A DNA stretch of 64,000 nt, taken from positions 434,001 through 498,000 of the forward strand of contig JAYWIR010000003.1 in the NCBI GenBank assembly GCA_036172245.1, in the 5' to 3' direction. The stretch comes from Raillietiella orientalis. Its lineage: Eukaryota. The notes beneath the pieces were generated by a model. The model saw only the letters and a program-made list of their open reading frames with translations. It made no database searches and was not told the origin of the DNA. The position numbers were made by a program, and so were the translations under genes. Positions 1-12,434 of the stretch are shown here, piece after piece (positions within the stretch are counted from its first letter, which is position 1; every line of letters begins with the position of its first letter).

Positions 1-1632
1 GCCTGGAAAAGCCGAGCATACCTCTCGAAGCACCAAGAAACCTCGGTCGCGCGACACGGGGGAAACGCCCCGCAGGTGGCGCTTTCATCCTGGTTTATTC
101 CGCCTTCCATCCTTGGAAGGGGGCTTTGCGGATCTCTTCTCTTACCCATTCTTTTCCCCCCTTCACCTTTCCTCCTCCTCATTCTCCTCCCCAAGCACCC
201 GCTCTTCACTCTCAGCCATCTTGTGCACCCAGCGAGAAGGCTTCCCCTGAGTAGAGGCTGCAGCCAGTAGAGGGGAGCCGCCGCTCAAGAAAATCTCCCA
301 GCAGAGCATCGGAGAAGAGAAGAGTCCTGAGGAGGAGTAGAAGGAGAATGGAGATTCGGGAGCCCGGGAGAGGGGCGTTGGATGTGGGGAAAACGGAAGA
401 CCCGTCGCCTTTTGAGAATACATCCGCTGGGCGGAACCCGGGAACTACGGCATCTGATAGGAACGCAGCTGGGGCCCCTAGTTGACTTTCTGCTTCCCCG
501 CATCTCAAACCAGGCAGGATGTCCTTGAGGCGAGCGCCCATTCGCGCCGCCCTTCCCCCTTCCTTCCTTCCCCACGCGTGCGTGCTGCATGGTGGAGGGG
601 GTGACTCGCTGGGCCTAGGCAGCGCAGCGCGCTGTGGACGTCGCGAGTCGCCCGAAGAAGAAAACATGAGGAAGGGAGGAAGACGAGAAGAAGGAAGGGA
701 AGAGAAGGAGGAGGAAGGGAGCAAGAGGAAGAGAAGATGGTTCTCCCGAGATTTCGGATTCCAAAGGGAACGAACGCACAGGGGGCGAGAGCGGGTCGTG
801 AGCGAGACGCAGCGACCCTCCTGGTGTCCCCGGAGAGCGAAATGCTGCAAGCGAAAGCAGGAGAACCAGAAGAATGGGGTGAGGGACCGGAGGAGGCGCC
901 GATGACTCTGGACCCTTCCTGCAGGGTACTCCGAGTGCGAAACGGCACGGTGCCCAGCGGCGCCTTTGAGCGGGTGAGTCTCGCTGAGCAAAGGTCGGCC
1001 GGCCGACCTTCTAAGCCTCGTGGAGGATGGGAGAAGCAAAGATCCCTTCCTTCAGCCGCGATGACGCGCTCTCGGCTAAGACCTGCCGCTGGCAAGGTCT
1101 GACCCCTTTCCTGACCCCTGAACCCACTGCCCACCTCTAAGGCGACCGGCATCCCCTCCCTCGAGCGCCCTTTATGTCTCCAGCATGCGTCATCTGGCGG
1201 GGGAAGGGAGTAGAGGGAATAGGTCGGAAGTGCTGCGAGTTTCCACCTGGAATCCGTTCGAGGGAGGCTGCGTCGTCACTTGAGGGGAAGGCGTGCGTTC
1301 CCTAGAGGCGACCGGGAGCTCCTGCAGCCTTTCTCCGATGGGGAGTCTCCCTTCTCCCCTGCCACCGTATTGTCTCCGCGCGCGTTCATCTGGATTCGAG
1401 CGTGACGTCCAGCCTCCGATCAGCAGTCCCACGCGCCGCATGAAGCAGAAAGGGATGCTTCAGGAAGGCGAGGGACCGACTTTTCCTGCCTCCCGGCGCT
1501 AGCGCGAAAGAAGAGAGGGGGATAGTGCGCGGAAGAGATGTTCCCGGGAATGCGATCCCGGGTGCCCTTTCTGAACAACCGGAACCTACCTGTGAAAGGC
1601 GGAAACGAGGCGAACCGCTGGTCTTTTACCAG

Positions 1633-3406
1633 ATGAGCTGGCGGATCTCTGCAACGGTTCCCAGAACGCCCTGCATTCCCTCATGAGGAGTAGCATCATC
1701 GTCACAGCGACGCACAAGATCCGCTCCGGGGGATGCATCCTGACCGTCTTCGTGGAGGAGGACTGCCACGTGTCCTTGGCGGTCCAGTACTTTCAGCATA
1801 AGCAGCTGACACGGGGATGGGCAGCGAAGGTACTCGTCTCTCTGCTCCCCCCCTACCTTTCCCTCCCGGCTCTGACCGAGTGCTCCTCCTCGAGCTAGGT
1901 ACGCCTGGACAACAAGAAGGAGGCAGTGGACCTGGGGACGAGGGAAAGAGAGATCCTCAAGACGGAATACACGGGAGCGGCGATCGACCCGAGGCAACTG
2001 CACTCCCTCGACACGTTTTACAAGTTGTCAGGAACGTCCCTCGTCAAGCAGGAAGCGTGCAGTCTTTTTGGAGACGAGTTTCCGGTCGGCAAGGTAGGTT
2101 TCTCTCCCCGAGGCACTGGGGAAGCACGAGGGAGGCAGGACAGCTTCCAGGAAGGATTGGTAGGCACGATTCCGACGCCGACCGAGCATGCGTCCTCGTC
2201 GCAGTCGCGCTCTCCCTTTGCTGCTGCGCCGCCGCCGCCTCCAGCAGCAGGTATGGTGACATTCCGACAGGAACCCTGGCGCGGATAGGAAATCTCTCCA
2301 GAAACCCCCGTCATGACCGCTCGCAAGCTCCTTGTGACGACGCATGCGGCTCCTGAGAACGGGACGAAGGGCGGAGTCCCCAACAACTCCTCCGCGACGA
2401 CGCATGCGGCTCCTGAGAACGGGACGAAGGGCGGAGTCCCCAACAACTCCTCCGCGACGACGCATGCGGCTCCTGCGAACGGGACGACGGGCGGAGTCCC
2501 TCACCACTCCTCCGCGACGACGCATGCGGCTCCTGCGAACGGGACGACGGGCGGAGTCCCCCACAATTCCTCCTCCGCGACGACGCATGCGGCTCCTGCG
2601 AACGGGACGACAGGCGACGTTCCCAGCAACTCCTCCTCCGCGACTCATGCGGCTACTTCCCGAGTGACCACTAGTCCCCCGAACGGGACCCTCGTCTACT
2701 ACGACCTGTACTACAGCTATGGCAACTCGCTGACCATAGAATTTGAATTCGTCGATGGCAAGGATGACAGCTTCCGCAAAGAGTCCCCCTTCATCCTGGT
2801 GTTCACGTCTATAAAGTACCGTAGGTGTCTCGGATCCTTCGTCTCCCGTTCGCGAAGCATCCATCCTTCCTCAGAGGTGCTCTGCTCCGAAGGAGAGTTT
2901 CTGTGCAGCAGCTACGGCCGGATGCACTGCATCAACGCGTCCTTGGTCTGCGACGGCAACGTCAACTGCGCCACGGTTCCGTTCCCCGACGACGAGCTCC
3001 AGTGCGCGTCACAAAGGTACTTCCAAGGAGGTACGAAAACACGAGTTTCGCGGGGGTCGGCGACCCCACCCCCTTCCCTTCCCTCCAACCCCCGATCCTT
3101 CCAGAGGATGTGGTCGGGATATTCCTGTGGCTCAGATGGTACAACTTCACTCACGTCTTCTTGCTGATCGGGAGCATCGCTGCGGTCCTGCTGCTGCTGT
3201 CCATCATCATGCGATTCCGGTGGCTGAGGAAGAAACGCGCGACGACCATCTTCAACCTTGAATTCTCCTCGACGAAATCCCTGGCACCAGACAAATACGG
3301 GGGGGAAAAGCAGGAGGGGGATCTCTTCCCGCCCTCTTACGAGTCGCTGTTCGTTAACCAGACGCATGTGAACCGAGAAAACACGACGGCCAAGATCAGC
3401 AGGTGA
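1633..3406 (+). CDS. Single-pass membrane protein with a CUB-like region interrupted by mucin-like repeats, one LDL-receptor class A module, a TM helix and a cytoplasmic PPxY motif; first (signal peptide) exon not found
   Basis: GT-AG exons chain in frame from 1633. LDLa-like CSEGEFLCSSYGRMHCINASLVCDGNVNCATVPFPDDELQC; TM FLLIGSIAAVLLLLSIIMRF followed by basic RWLRKKR; PPSY motif; stop at 3406. Confidence 0.7.
2336..2655 (+). repeat. Coding minisatellite, about 5.3 copies of a 60/63-bp unit (TTHAAPENGTKGGVPNNSSA)
   Basis: Unit gacgacgcatgcggctcctg(a/c)gaacgggacga... recurs at 2336, 2396, 2456, 2516, 2579, with a partial copy at about 2642. Confidence 0.97.
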
Positions 3407-4219
3407 TGAACCTCTTCAGCGACGGAGAAAGCTCCCGACAAAAGTTTCCCTAGCCGAGGAGCCAAAAAAAAAGAAAAAAAAAGGGACCTGTGGCAGAAAT
3501 ATGATTGAATGTGACCGCTCTTCAATAAACTTTCCCGTGTGTGATGCGGCGGCAGCACCTCTCATCATTTATTTACTTCGACGGTTCACCAGCTGCAAGG
3601 CAGGCAAAAGAGAATCACCCGCGACTGCACGCATGCGCTCACTCGGAAGAGCAATCGCTTTCCGAAACGGACGCGTCGCCGCCTCGGGCGATGTGGGCTC
3701 GCAGATGTGGGAGCAGGAGGAGCAGCGCCAGCGGGAAGGCCGACGCCTTTCCTCTGGCGCTGCTTCCCTCCCGCGCCGGGTGCATCCCCCATCTGGAGCT
3801 GTCCGGTTCTGCACGCACCGCGCGACCTGGTAGGCGTGAGAGAGGTCTTATCTCGGGCTGGACCCACCAGCAGCAGGAGGCCGTCGTCCTCGCCCAGTGC
3901 GAGCCGATGCTTCAACCCAAGAACGCATCCGGTTCGTACGAGATCGTCCTGGCCCCGCCGATGCTGAAGAGCATCCAACATCTTTTTTTCCCTCCTCCTC
4001 GTCCTCCTCCTTCTTGAGCAGGAAGAAGAAGCGAAAAGATGCCCGGCAGCAAAGGCACGTGCTGCTGGAGCACTCGCTTTCGTTTTCGAATGCGCTCCCC
4101 AACAATACCGGCACCGCGTCATTGTTGCCAGAACAATCTGCTTCCTGCGAGCTGGGCATATGCGTACGAACCGTTTGTACAAACCGTGCAAGAAGCCCTG
4201 CACGGCACCCTGGAAGACG

Positions 4220-7200
4220 ATGAAGAGCAGAAAGTGGAGGAGGCAGTCGTGGAGGAGTGAAAAACCGACCGAGCCGCGCATCCCCTCGAAGGACGGCACG
4301 GTCCACGCCAAGTGGTCCGCACGTTTAATAAATGAATGGAAAAGCACCACGGATAAGGCCAGCGTTCAGAGAGTGATTCCTCACTCCATCCTGGTCAGTG
4401 ACCAACGGGAGAAGCGAAGAGCTGACGAGGACGTTCCATTCCAGAAAGAAGTTCCTCCTCTTCTGCTCGCCACGTATTTGGGGAACAAAGTGGCGGTGGA
4501 AGAGCTCCTGGAGAACGGGTCCGACATCAATTGCAGAAACACAAAAGTAGCGTAACTTTCAGGCAGGGATGAAGTCCCCGCTCCCTCCTCGCGGGGGAGG
4601 GGGGGGGGAGGAGGTGTTTTTCATCTCACTTTTTCGCTTTGCTCCTTTTCCGTCCCTGCCGGGTCCGTTTTTCGGAACCGCTTCGTGCGAACACCCCCCG
4701 ACGCCGTGATCCCCGCGAGTGCAGCAGCTTCAGACGGCTCGCGTGCCGCCTCTTGCCAAGCCACCGCCGCACATGTCCATCGGCCAGCGGAACCACTTGT
4801 TGCTGTTTTCTTTTTTTTCCAAGACGATGGACTTGCTTCGTCGAGCGGGGGAGAAGACGAGAAGCGGACGTGCCCAATTCAGAAAACACGCAGCCTCGTT
4901 GTCCCGAGGGCACGCGAGGCTCCCGTTCTGCACGAAGACCGTCGTCCAGGGCGTACGACGCAGTCCGCGTGCCTCTTCTTCCGCCGCCCCCGCTTGCGTT
5001 GCGCCGTGCCATCCACCTGGGCATCTCCCGCAGAGAACACACAAAAAGGAAAACAGCGAAGGTCGGCTGCATTGCATCGCCGCCGCCTCGCTCTTTCCAC
5101 CTCATCGCTTCGGAACGTGGCAGCCGCCAAGTGGAGGCGGAACTTTTCCTGGGCTCGGCTTCCTCTGGCTGAAAGTTTCCACGCCACTCTTGCGTGGCGT
5201 AACAGCACCGCCGGCAACGCCTCGCCGAGTCTCTTGCCAGCACTGGGCGCGCTCCGCTGGTTTTCCACCCCGCTGGCGGCGGCGGCGGCGGCGGCGGCGA
5301 GGCGGAGGCGGAGGGCAGGCGTGGCGGCGACGTGCGTGACGCAGCGAAAAAAGGCGAACGTTCGACGATTCTGTTCCGCCCTGCTCGCTCTCCATCTGCT
5401 CGCGTGTGGATGGGTGCGCATCGGCAACTTGGATAGAATGTGTCGCCTGCACTCGTGTTCGTGTTCTTTTTTTTCTTTTTATCATCTTATTTATTTCATT
5501 CTTCTTCTTCCTGGTCCTGTTGCCGTTCCTTTTTGCTGGATTGGGAATTCCTTCCAGCGGTCCGAGGTGCCCTCGGGCTTTCCGACTTTGCTGGCGCTCC
5601 ACTCGCCGTGCGATCTCTCGCAGTGCAAAAGACGCACGCGGCTTTACGCCGAAGATGGGACGGAGCGGACCCCCCAACGTTGTCTTCCTTTCCGGCTGCG
5701 CACCGCCGCGCCACGCCTCGCCGACGCGGAACTGCGATAAGGGAAACTGCGACTTGGGAGGGAGGGAGGAGGGGGAGGGCTTTACCTTTGGCGTCGCCCG
5801 GGCTCTACGAGAGACGAAGGGGCGATCACCGTTTCGCCGCTTCCTCAGAACGAGAACACCCCGCTGATGGTTGCCGTGGCCACGAGTCAGGTGAACCTGG
5901 TGGACACTCTGCTCAGCAGAGGAGCCGACACCACCCTCACCAACGGGGCCGGACACAACGCCCTGATGCTCGCCGTGGAGAGCAGGAACCGCGCCATCTT
6001 CGATCTCGTCTGGTCGCACGTGCGGACCGCCAAGGACTTCGACGTGGACTCGCAGGACCAGGTGCGTGTCCGCCGTGGGGACCGCTCCCTCCCCCCTGCC
6101 GGCTCCAGGCACCTACTCCGTCCAGGATGGCTCCACGCTGCTGATGCTGGCCGCACGGAGAGGCTGGGACCACTGCGTGGAATTCCTTGCTCCCATCTCC
6201 CAATGCGGCAAGGACGTGCAGGACGGCAAGGGATTCACGGCGCTGATGCACGCCGTGCGGGCCGGAAACGCGCGCATGGTGGACGCCCTGCTGAAATTCG
6301 GAGCCGACCTCCTGAGGGAGAACAAGGTGGGCCGGCGGGTCGGAACGAGAGAGGCGCCCCAGGGCGAACCCGAAGCGATCTCGCAGCCGCGTCTCCCCCA
6401 CCCCCAATTGCGGGCCGCGGAGACGCGGAGGAGCTGCCCACCTGTCTCTTCCCGCCTGATGCTCGACGTCCGCCCTTCCCGGTCGAAGGGTACGAGGGGT
6501 GGGCGAGAAACCGGGAGGAGGGGAGGAGAGCGCGAATCGATCCCGGGAGGGCGAGGTGGCGCACCCTCCTTCCCTCCCTATCCCTTTTCCAGGACGGATG
6601 CACGGCAGTTTGCCTGTCCGCCAAGATCGAGAGCGCTGAGGTCCAGGAGCGCATTATCAGCTCGTTGCTAGACTTCTTGGACTGCAACCCCAAGCTGCTC
6701 AGACTGTTCGTCAAGGTGAGTCTCCGCGGGCGAGGATGCCGCTGCGGCGCGCAGAGCGATGGCACCACCAGCCCTCGCTTTTTTCCCCGTTCCCCTGGCT
6801 CCGCTCGGGCGGAGGAGCGGATGCCGACGATCTCTCGCTCCCCTGCCGCCTTCTCCAGGAATTTTCGGAGAAGAAAAACCTCTCCCGGAAGCTCAACAGC
6901 TTCAAAGGCACCACCACCACTCACCTCTTTCTTCTCCTCCATCACCATTATTTCCTCCCTTCATCCTCCTTCCTACCACCAACATGAAGACCTCTTCCTC
7001 CTCCACCACCGCCACCAACCACAACACACCGCCTCCGCCCTTCATCCTCCTCCTTTCTACCACCAGCAACAACACTATCTCCTCCTCCTCCTCCTCCTCC
7101 TTCTTCTTCTTCTTCTTCTTCTTCCTTGGAATGCCGCCTTTGACACAACTCGCGAGGCTGCTCGAACCCTCTGACAGCGAGGGCGCCTGCCACCCCTGCG

Positions 7201-10200
7201 CCCCAAGCATCGAGACCCTTTCGTCCGCGAAGGCGCGCGAGGAGAAGCGGTGGGACTCCCCGGAGGGTCCCGCGACCTTCCGGGGAGGAACGGAGGAGGA
7301 AAAGGGTGTGAGAGGGAAGGCGACGGCTTCTCGCGACGAAGACGCGCGCGCGCAGAGCACCCGAGAGCGTGCAGTCTTCCTGCCCACCGACCGCGCCCTG
7401 CGTCGTGGGCACTCCTTCGCCTTCGCCCCCTTCCGACTCTACGCACCGCTCGCCCCGACCGAAGCTCAGCTAGCGCAGATGGCCTCCGCCTGGTTAGCCA
7501 CGGGACCCCTGGGCGCTCCGCAGGAGGACGGCCTCCGAAGATTCGCCTTCCTCCTTTCTAGAAGGAGGGCGAGTCCCACCATCCAGGTGCAGCTCCTCCC
7601 TCCCCTGCCACCACCCTATCCTCCCTCCGCTGCTACCCGGCCTTCCCTACGGTCTTCTTCCTCCATCCTCCCGTCAGCTGGCGACCTCTTCCCGCGGGTC
7701 TCCAGTCGGCATCTCCCCCCAATCCAGGACCCAGAGAAGGAGATCATCAGCGCCTGGCAGCGGACCCACGAGACAGGGCCATTGTTCCCTCCGTGACCCT
7801 CGCTTTGCTCGTCAGCTGGTCCTAGAGGTGCCACCTGGGCGACCCAGGCCGTCCAAGCGAGATGGTGGGGCGCGCTTTGAGGATATGCAGGAGCCCATCC
7901 CCACTTCCGCGGGAAAAGGAGTTGGAGAGTGGGAGGAGGGGATGCCTCTTCGTCCCTCTCACCTCTACCCCTGCCCTCCGCGAGCCTCTCCGCCTCCTCT
8001 CTCCCGACTTTCTGTGCTCATCGCCGTCATCTCTTCCTCCTCCGTTCATATTCATCGTTCCCTCCGCCTCCCCCCCCTTTTATTTCGCGTACAGACACGT
8101 GCAGTCCGTATCCCGTCTCTCCCGTCCTCCAGTATTCCGCAAAGAAGATTCGGAAGGCCGCCGGCTCGCGAGCAGGCACCCCACAACCCTCCTAGGAAGC
8201 GTCACCGGAGAGCGACCCCGTCAGGGGCACCTCGTGGAGAGCAGGAGGGGGCTTGCTTGTTAGCGACTCAGGGAAGAGACAAAAAAGGTGGGGTGGAGTT
8301 AGGTTCGCTCTAGGTCCCTGGTCAGGTGTCACCCCACCCGACATCCCTTCGACGCGTGACGACCCCGCCGCCCCATACGAGGGGAGGGGTGGGGAGGATC
8401 CCCCGTTGTGGACGCGGTTTTCCTTCCGCTCTCTCGCGCGGGCATCTCTTCTCGGGAGGGGAGGGCGAGGAGGAGGGGTCTCCTGCCGGGGAAGAGCTAC
8501 GCCCTCTCTCCCCCCAATCCTCTCTTGCAGGGACGGGTGAGCATGTTCGCGGCGCCGCCCCCGGGTTGCACCAACTACGCAAGCGTTCTGGAGGAGTGCG
8601 TGGTCCACAGCATCCTGCTGCTGCGCTTCGGCACAACCGATGGAGCCCTGCTGCTGCGCAGGGTGCAGCTGGCCGAGAAGCTGCTCAAGGTGAGGGCGGC
8701 GGCTGGCAAGGGCAGTGTCCGCCCCCCACTTGGGGTGGTGGTGGTGGTGTTGAGGTGGGTGGGGAGCAGCTTGCCCTTGGGGATGAGCTCCGAGGGAAAA
8801 ACGGGGGCGGTGCGGAGCAGAAGAGAGGAGGAGACGCGCGCGGGGAGGAAAGAAGGACTCCTCTCACAGTGCCTCCCGCGTCCAGAGAGAACACCGGGTC
8901 CGGAACCTCCTGGGGGTGCCGTTGAAGCGGTAGGGTAGGAGGTGGGCACCTCTCACTCCCTCCTCCTGCCGTCCCCCGCTCTTTCCCCTCTGCCGACCAG
9001 TGCAGCAGCGGCGGACGGTGGCAGGAGATACGCTCGTCCCGGGAAGGGAGGGAGAGGACGCCGCCGGAGGACGCGCCCCGGAGTCGGGGAAGGATCAAGA
9101 AGGAGGGAAGGGGAGCCTCTTTCTGGGAGAGGGAAGTCCTGTACATCTTCTGCGGATTTCTGATCTCCCAGAAATCTCCCGACCTTCCGGCCAGGAGGTG
9201 GCGGGTGGGATGAAGAGGGGAGTGGGGGAAGTGGGGACGATTCTCTGCCGGGCAGGCTGACTGACCTCGGTCTCCGGTCGTCGTCCAGAGCATCGAGCTG
9301 TACATGCGGTGCCCTTGCATGCTGAAAGCCCTTTTGGTGGCGCTGGTGGTGCTGACGGTGCCCATCACGGAGGCTTGGAGCTGCGTCCCGGAAATCCATG
9401 AGCATTGCGTGCGCCGCAGCATCCTGGAACTCTGCATGCGGATCGTCCAGAGGTGAGCCACGAGAGGGGAAAGGGAACTTTCGTTGCCAAGGGGACGGCG
9501 GCCGCCGCCGCCCCCATTCCCACTCCCTTCATTTCGCTCCCTTCCCTGCTTGCCCCTCACCGGGAGGCATCGCCGACGACGCCCTGCTGCCGCGTCCACC
9601 TGCTGCGGAAACAGCCGGAACACGCACGGCTCCCCTCCCTCCTCCCCGTTTTCTTCCGCCTCTTGCGCTCCGCAACCAAGAATGGAGAAAAGGGCAGGGG
9701 AAGGGGAAAGGAAGGGGAAGGTGTTTTTCCCTTTTATCCCCTTGTCCAAACGTCACGGCACCTCGCCAGTTGTGAGTATTCCCCAGTGTCCTCTACGTTA
9801 CCTCCTAGTCTAGCCCGAGCCATGAGAAGTCTCCTTCACGATGCTACGGCGGAACCCCCTACCCCCTGATCCTGATCGCTCCCGATCGTGGGAGGGAGGA
9901 GCCTCGTTCGCGCCCCCTTCGATCAGCTGCCGTAGTGTCCGCGGAAGGAGGATCCTGAGGACTTTCCTCGCCTCTCGCACTTGCCCTCTCCCCCAGGTAC
10001 GGGAATCCCGAGGTGACCGCCCCCGAAGTCGTTGGCTGGGCGACTATCCCCATCTTCTTGGAGACCGCCCTCCAGAGGAGGGACGCAAGCGACAGCGGCG
10101 AGGGCGTCGCGCGGGCGGAGGTGACGCACCCCGACTGGGAGGAGATCGAGAGGAAGAAGTGGGACAGCGTGGGGAAGCTGGAAGGGTACCTCTGCCTGGT

Positions 10201-10564
10201 TCCCGAATCCAGGAGGAAGAGGGAGCTGTCCATGGTGCTGAAGGAAGCGCTGCGGAGCCTCAGAACGCCTTTCGGGAGAGTCTTCGGGAACCGAGGGGAA
10301 GGGAGCCTCGATCCCTGCTACGAGTGCGTCAGCAAGCTGCCGAAGTCTCGCGAGTTGAAGGCGCCTCGGGACCTCAAGGAGCAGTCGCCTCGAGAAGGAA
10401 TGGAGAATAGCGTCCTCCCGGGGAAGAGAAATGCCACGGAGTCCTCAAGGAGGCCAAGACTTTCCGGGAACCGAGAAGACAGGAGAGGAGAAATTGATTG
10501 CGTCAGGGTGGAGGCACGGGGAGAGGATCAAGGGGAATTGGCAGCCGAAGGAGTAGGGCAGTAA
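4220..10564 (+). CDS. Multi-exon ankyrin-repeat protein with a helical C-terminal region, possibly a divergent Fem-1-like protein; start and middle exons uncertain
   Basis: Ankyrin motifs on successive exons: PPLLLATYLGNKVAVEELLENGSDIN, NTPLMVAVATSQVNLVDTLLSRGAD, GHNALMLAV, GSTLLMLAARRG, GFTALMHAVRAGNARMVDALLKFGAD. Later candidate exons at about 7470-7586, 7728-7791, 8531-8689, 9001-9205, 9289-9451 and 9997-10564. The Fem-1 resemblance is weak and by eye only. Confidence 0.7.
5275..5311 (+). repeat. (GGC)n microsatellite
   Basis: ggcggcggcggcggcggcggcggcgaggcggaggcgg. Confidence 0.9.
7078..7123 (+). repeat. Compound (CCT)n(CTT)n microsatellite within a long pyrimidine-rich tract (about 6908-7125)
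   Basis: Read directly from the sequence. Confidence 0.9.
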
Positions 10565-11644
10565 TGAAGAATAAGGGAGGAAAGGAGTAGGAAAGCATCG
10601 GGAGAAAGAGGAGCGATGGAGTGGTAGTTGAAAGAAGGAGCGGGGCGGGTGGGCTGGCGTGGTGAGAAGGAGGTCTCCAGCGCACATCTCCTTCTCCCTC
10701 CTCCGGAACTAACGGCAGTGGCACGTCTTCCGTCGCGGGAACCCCCCGGGGACGATGATCGGACCGTGCGGCTGCTGTGTAATGAACAGCCTTCTTCTCG
10801 CAGGGGTGAGGACGAGAGAGAGGGGGGGCAGGGCAGAAGAGGGGGCGACACCTTTGGGGGCAGTGAAGACGCTTCCCCGTCTCTGGAAGCTCTGCCACGC
10901 CCCTACTGTTCTTTCTCCTTTCCAACATGCCTCTTCTAAAGTCCCTAGATGCCCCTGGAAAAGCAAAGACCCGCCGAACGAAGACGGCAAGATCTGCTTT
11001 CGCAGAGAGAGCCTTTCGAAGTCAAGTCAGACAGCAAAGTGTTTGTTTGCATCACAAGGAGGCGGAGGGGACAGGGTGCAAAGGAGGGAGCGCTGAGGGG
11101 CTGCAAACATGACCGCCTCAAGAGACGCTGTGACCGTCGCTGGGAGGGAACAAAAAGAAGGACCGGGAACGATCGGGATAAAGGAGGAAGTCAGAGGATC
11201 TCCCTCACCAGACGAAGGAGGAAGGCCGTGCACAGGATTTCCGATCCCGGAACGCTCCCAGGAAAAGTTTGGTGAAGAACCTCTGCATCCTGACACGTCC
11301 CGACGCCCTGCTAGGAAAAGCCCAAGGTCAGTGGTGAACACCTGCGGCGTTCTTGTTGGGGTACTGTTAGGTAGGCGCCCTATCTCTCAGAGCGGAAGCT
11401 TTCATAGCGAGAACGTCCTCCTAAAGGCAAGTTCGTTTCCTGTCTTCCCGTCAGGGGGACGACGGGAAGACAGGAACGGTAGAGACGTAGCGGGACATTG
11501 GCCTCTTTCCTCAGGTGGGAAACAGGAACGCGACTGCAATCATACCTTGCTAATGAAGGGCATGCGTTTTCATGGAAGCAGGCCATGAGTCTCCAGACAT
11601 GAGAAACGCAGGAGGATCGAAAAACAAACGAACACCAACAGCAA

Positions 11645-11666
11645 ACACACACACACACACACACAC
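11645..11666 (+). repeat. (AC)n microsatellite at the GC/AT compartment boundary
   Basis: acacacacacacacacacacac. Confidence 0.9.
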
Positions 11667-12434
11667 GAAAATCTTCTGCCGTAATCAGTTTGCTCCATGC
11701 ATTGCTATAGGGGGATTGCATGGGAGACCACCGTCAATGAGCCCATTCCCGTTATCACCACTTCAAATTCCGCTGCATTATTGTTCCATATTAATTTGAG
11801 GTGCAGGTTTTAAACAGTTCGTTTCATCACGGATGTATGTGCACACAAGTGCAGAAACTTATATGAAAAGATAACTTGGAGATTGCAATAGGCATAACAG
11901 ATGCAATATATTTGTAATCAGTACTCCATATTCACCACTTATAATACAACACTTGTGTTTTGTCAGGAGTCCTCCAAACATACCATCCCGTGCACAATTG
12001 ATGTACTATAAACTATCTGAAGTACTTGCAAATGCAAAAGTACTTTTCATCAGCCTACAAAACTACAGGAACCTGCTACGAACAAATGCCATGGGCACCA
12101 CCAAAACATATCCACGCCAGTAGGATTATGCATGTCACCTTTATGGTACTTTTTGTGCCCTAGGCAGGAATGATTCCTGAGTACACCAAATCACTGAAAT
12201 GTGTTCTACATTCTTGGGGGAACATGCTTCGCCTGCCGATCACAGCAGCTGACTTTTCTGCATCCATATACCACTGCTTTGGCTGGATACCAGTCTCATT
12301 GCTTGCAAACCACACTGGTGATAAAATTTGACACCTGTGAAAGGTCTGGCAACACCAACAGATTGGTACCTTCATAATTGCAAAGTACACTTTCAGCAAG
12401 GAGAAATCTGCTGGGGCAACTGCATGGCCAGCAT

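Noticed and set aside
1..11600. Dozens of long overlapping ORFs on both strands
   Set aside because: Expected from high GC and low stop frequency; translations are low-complexity Arg/Pro/Gly/Ser. Only spliced exons with domain motifs were kept.
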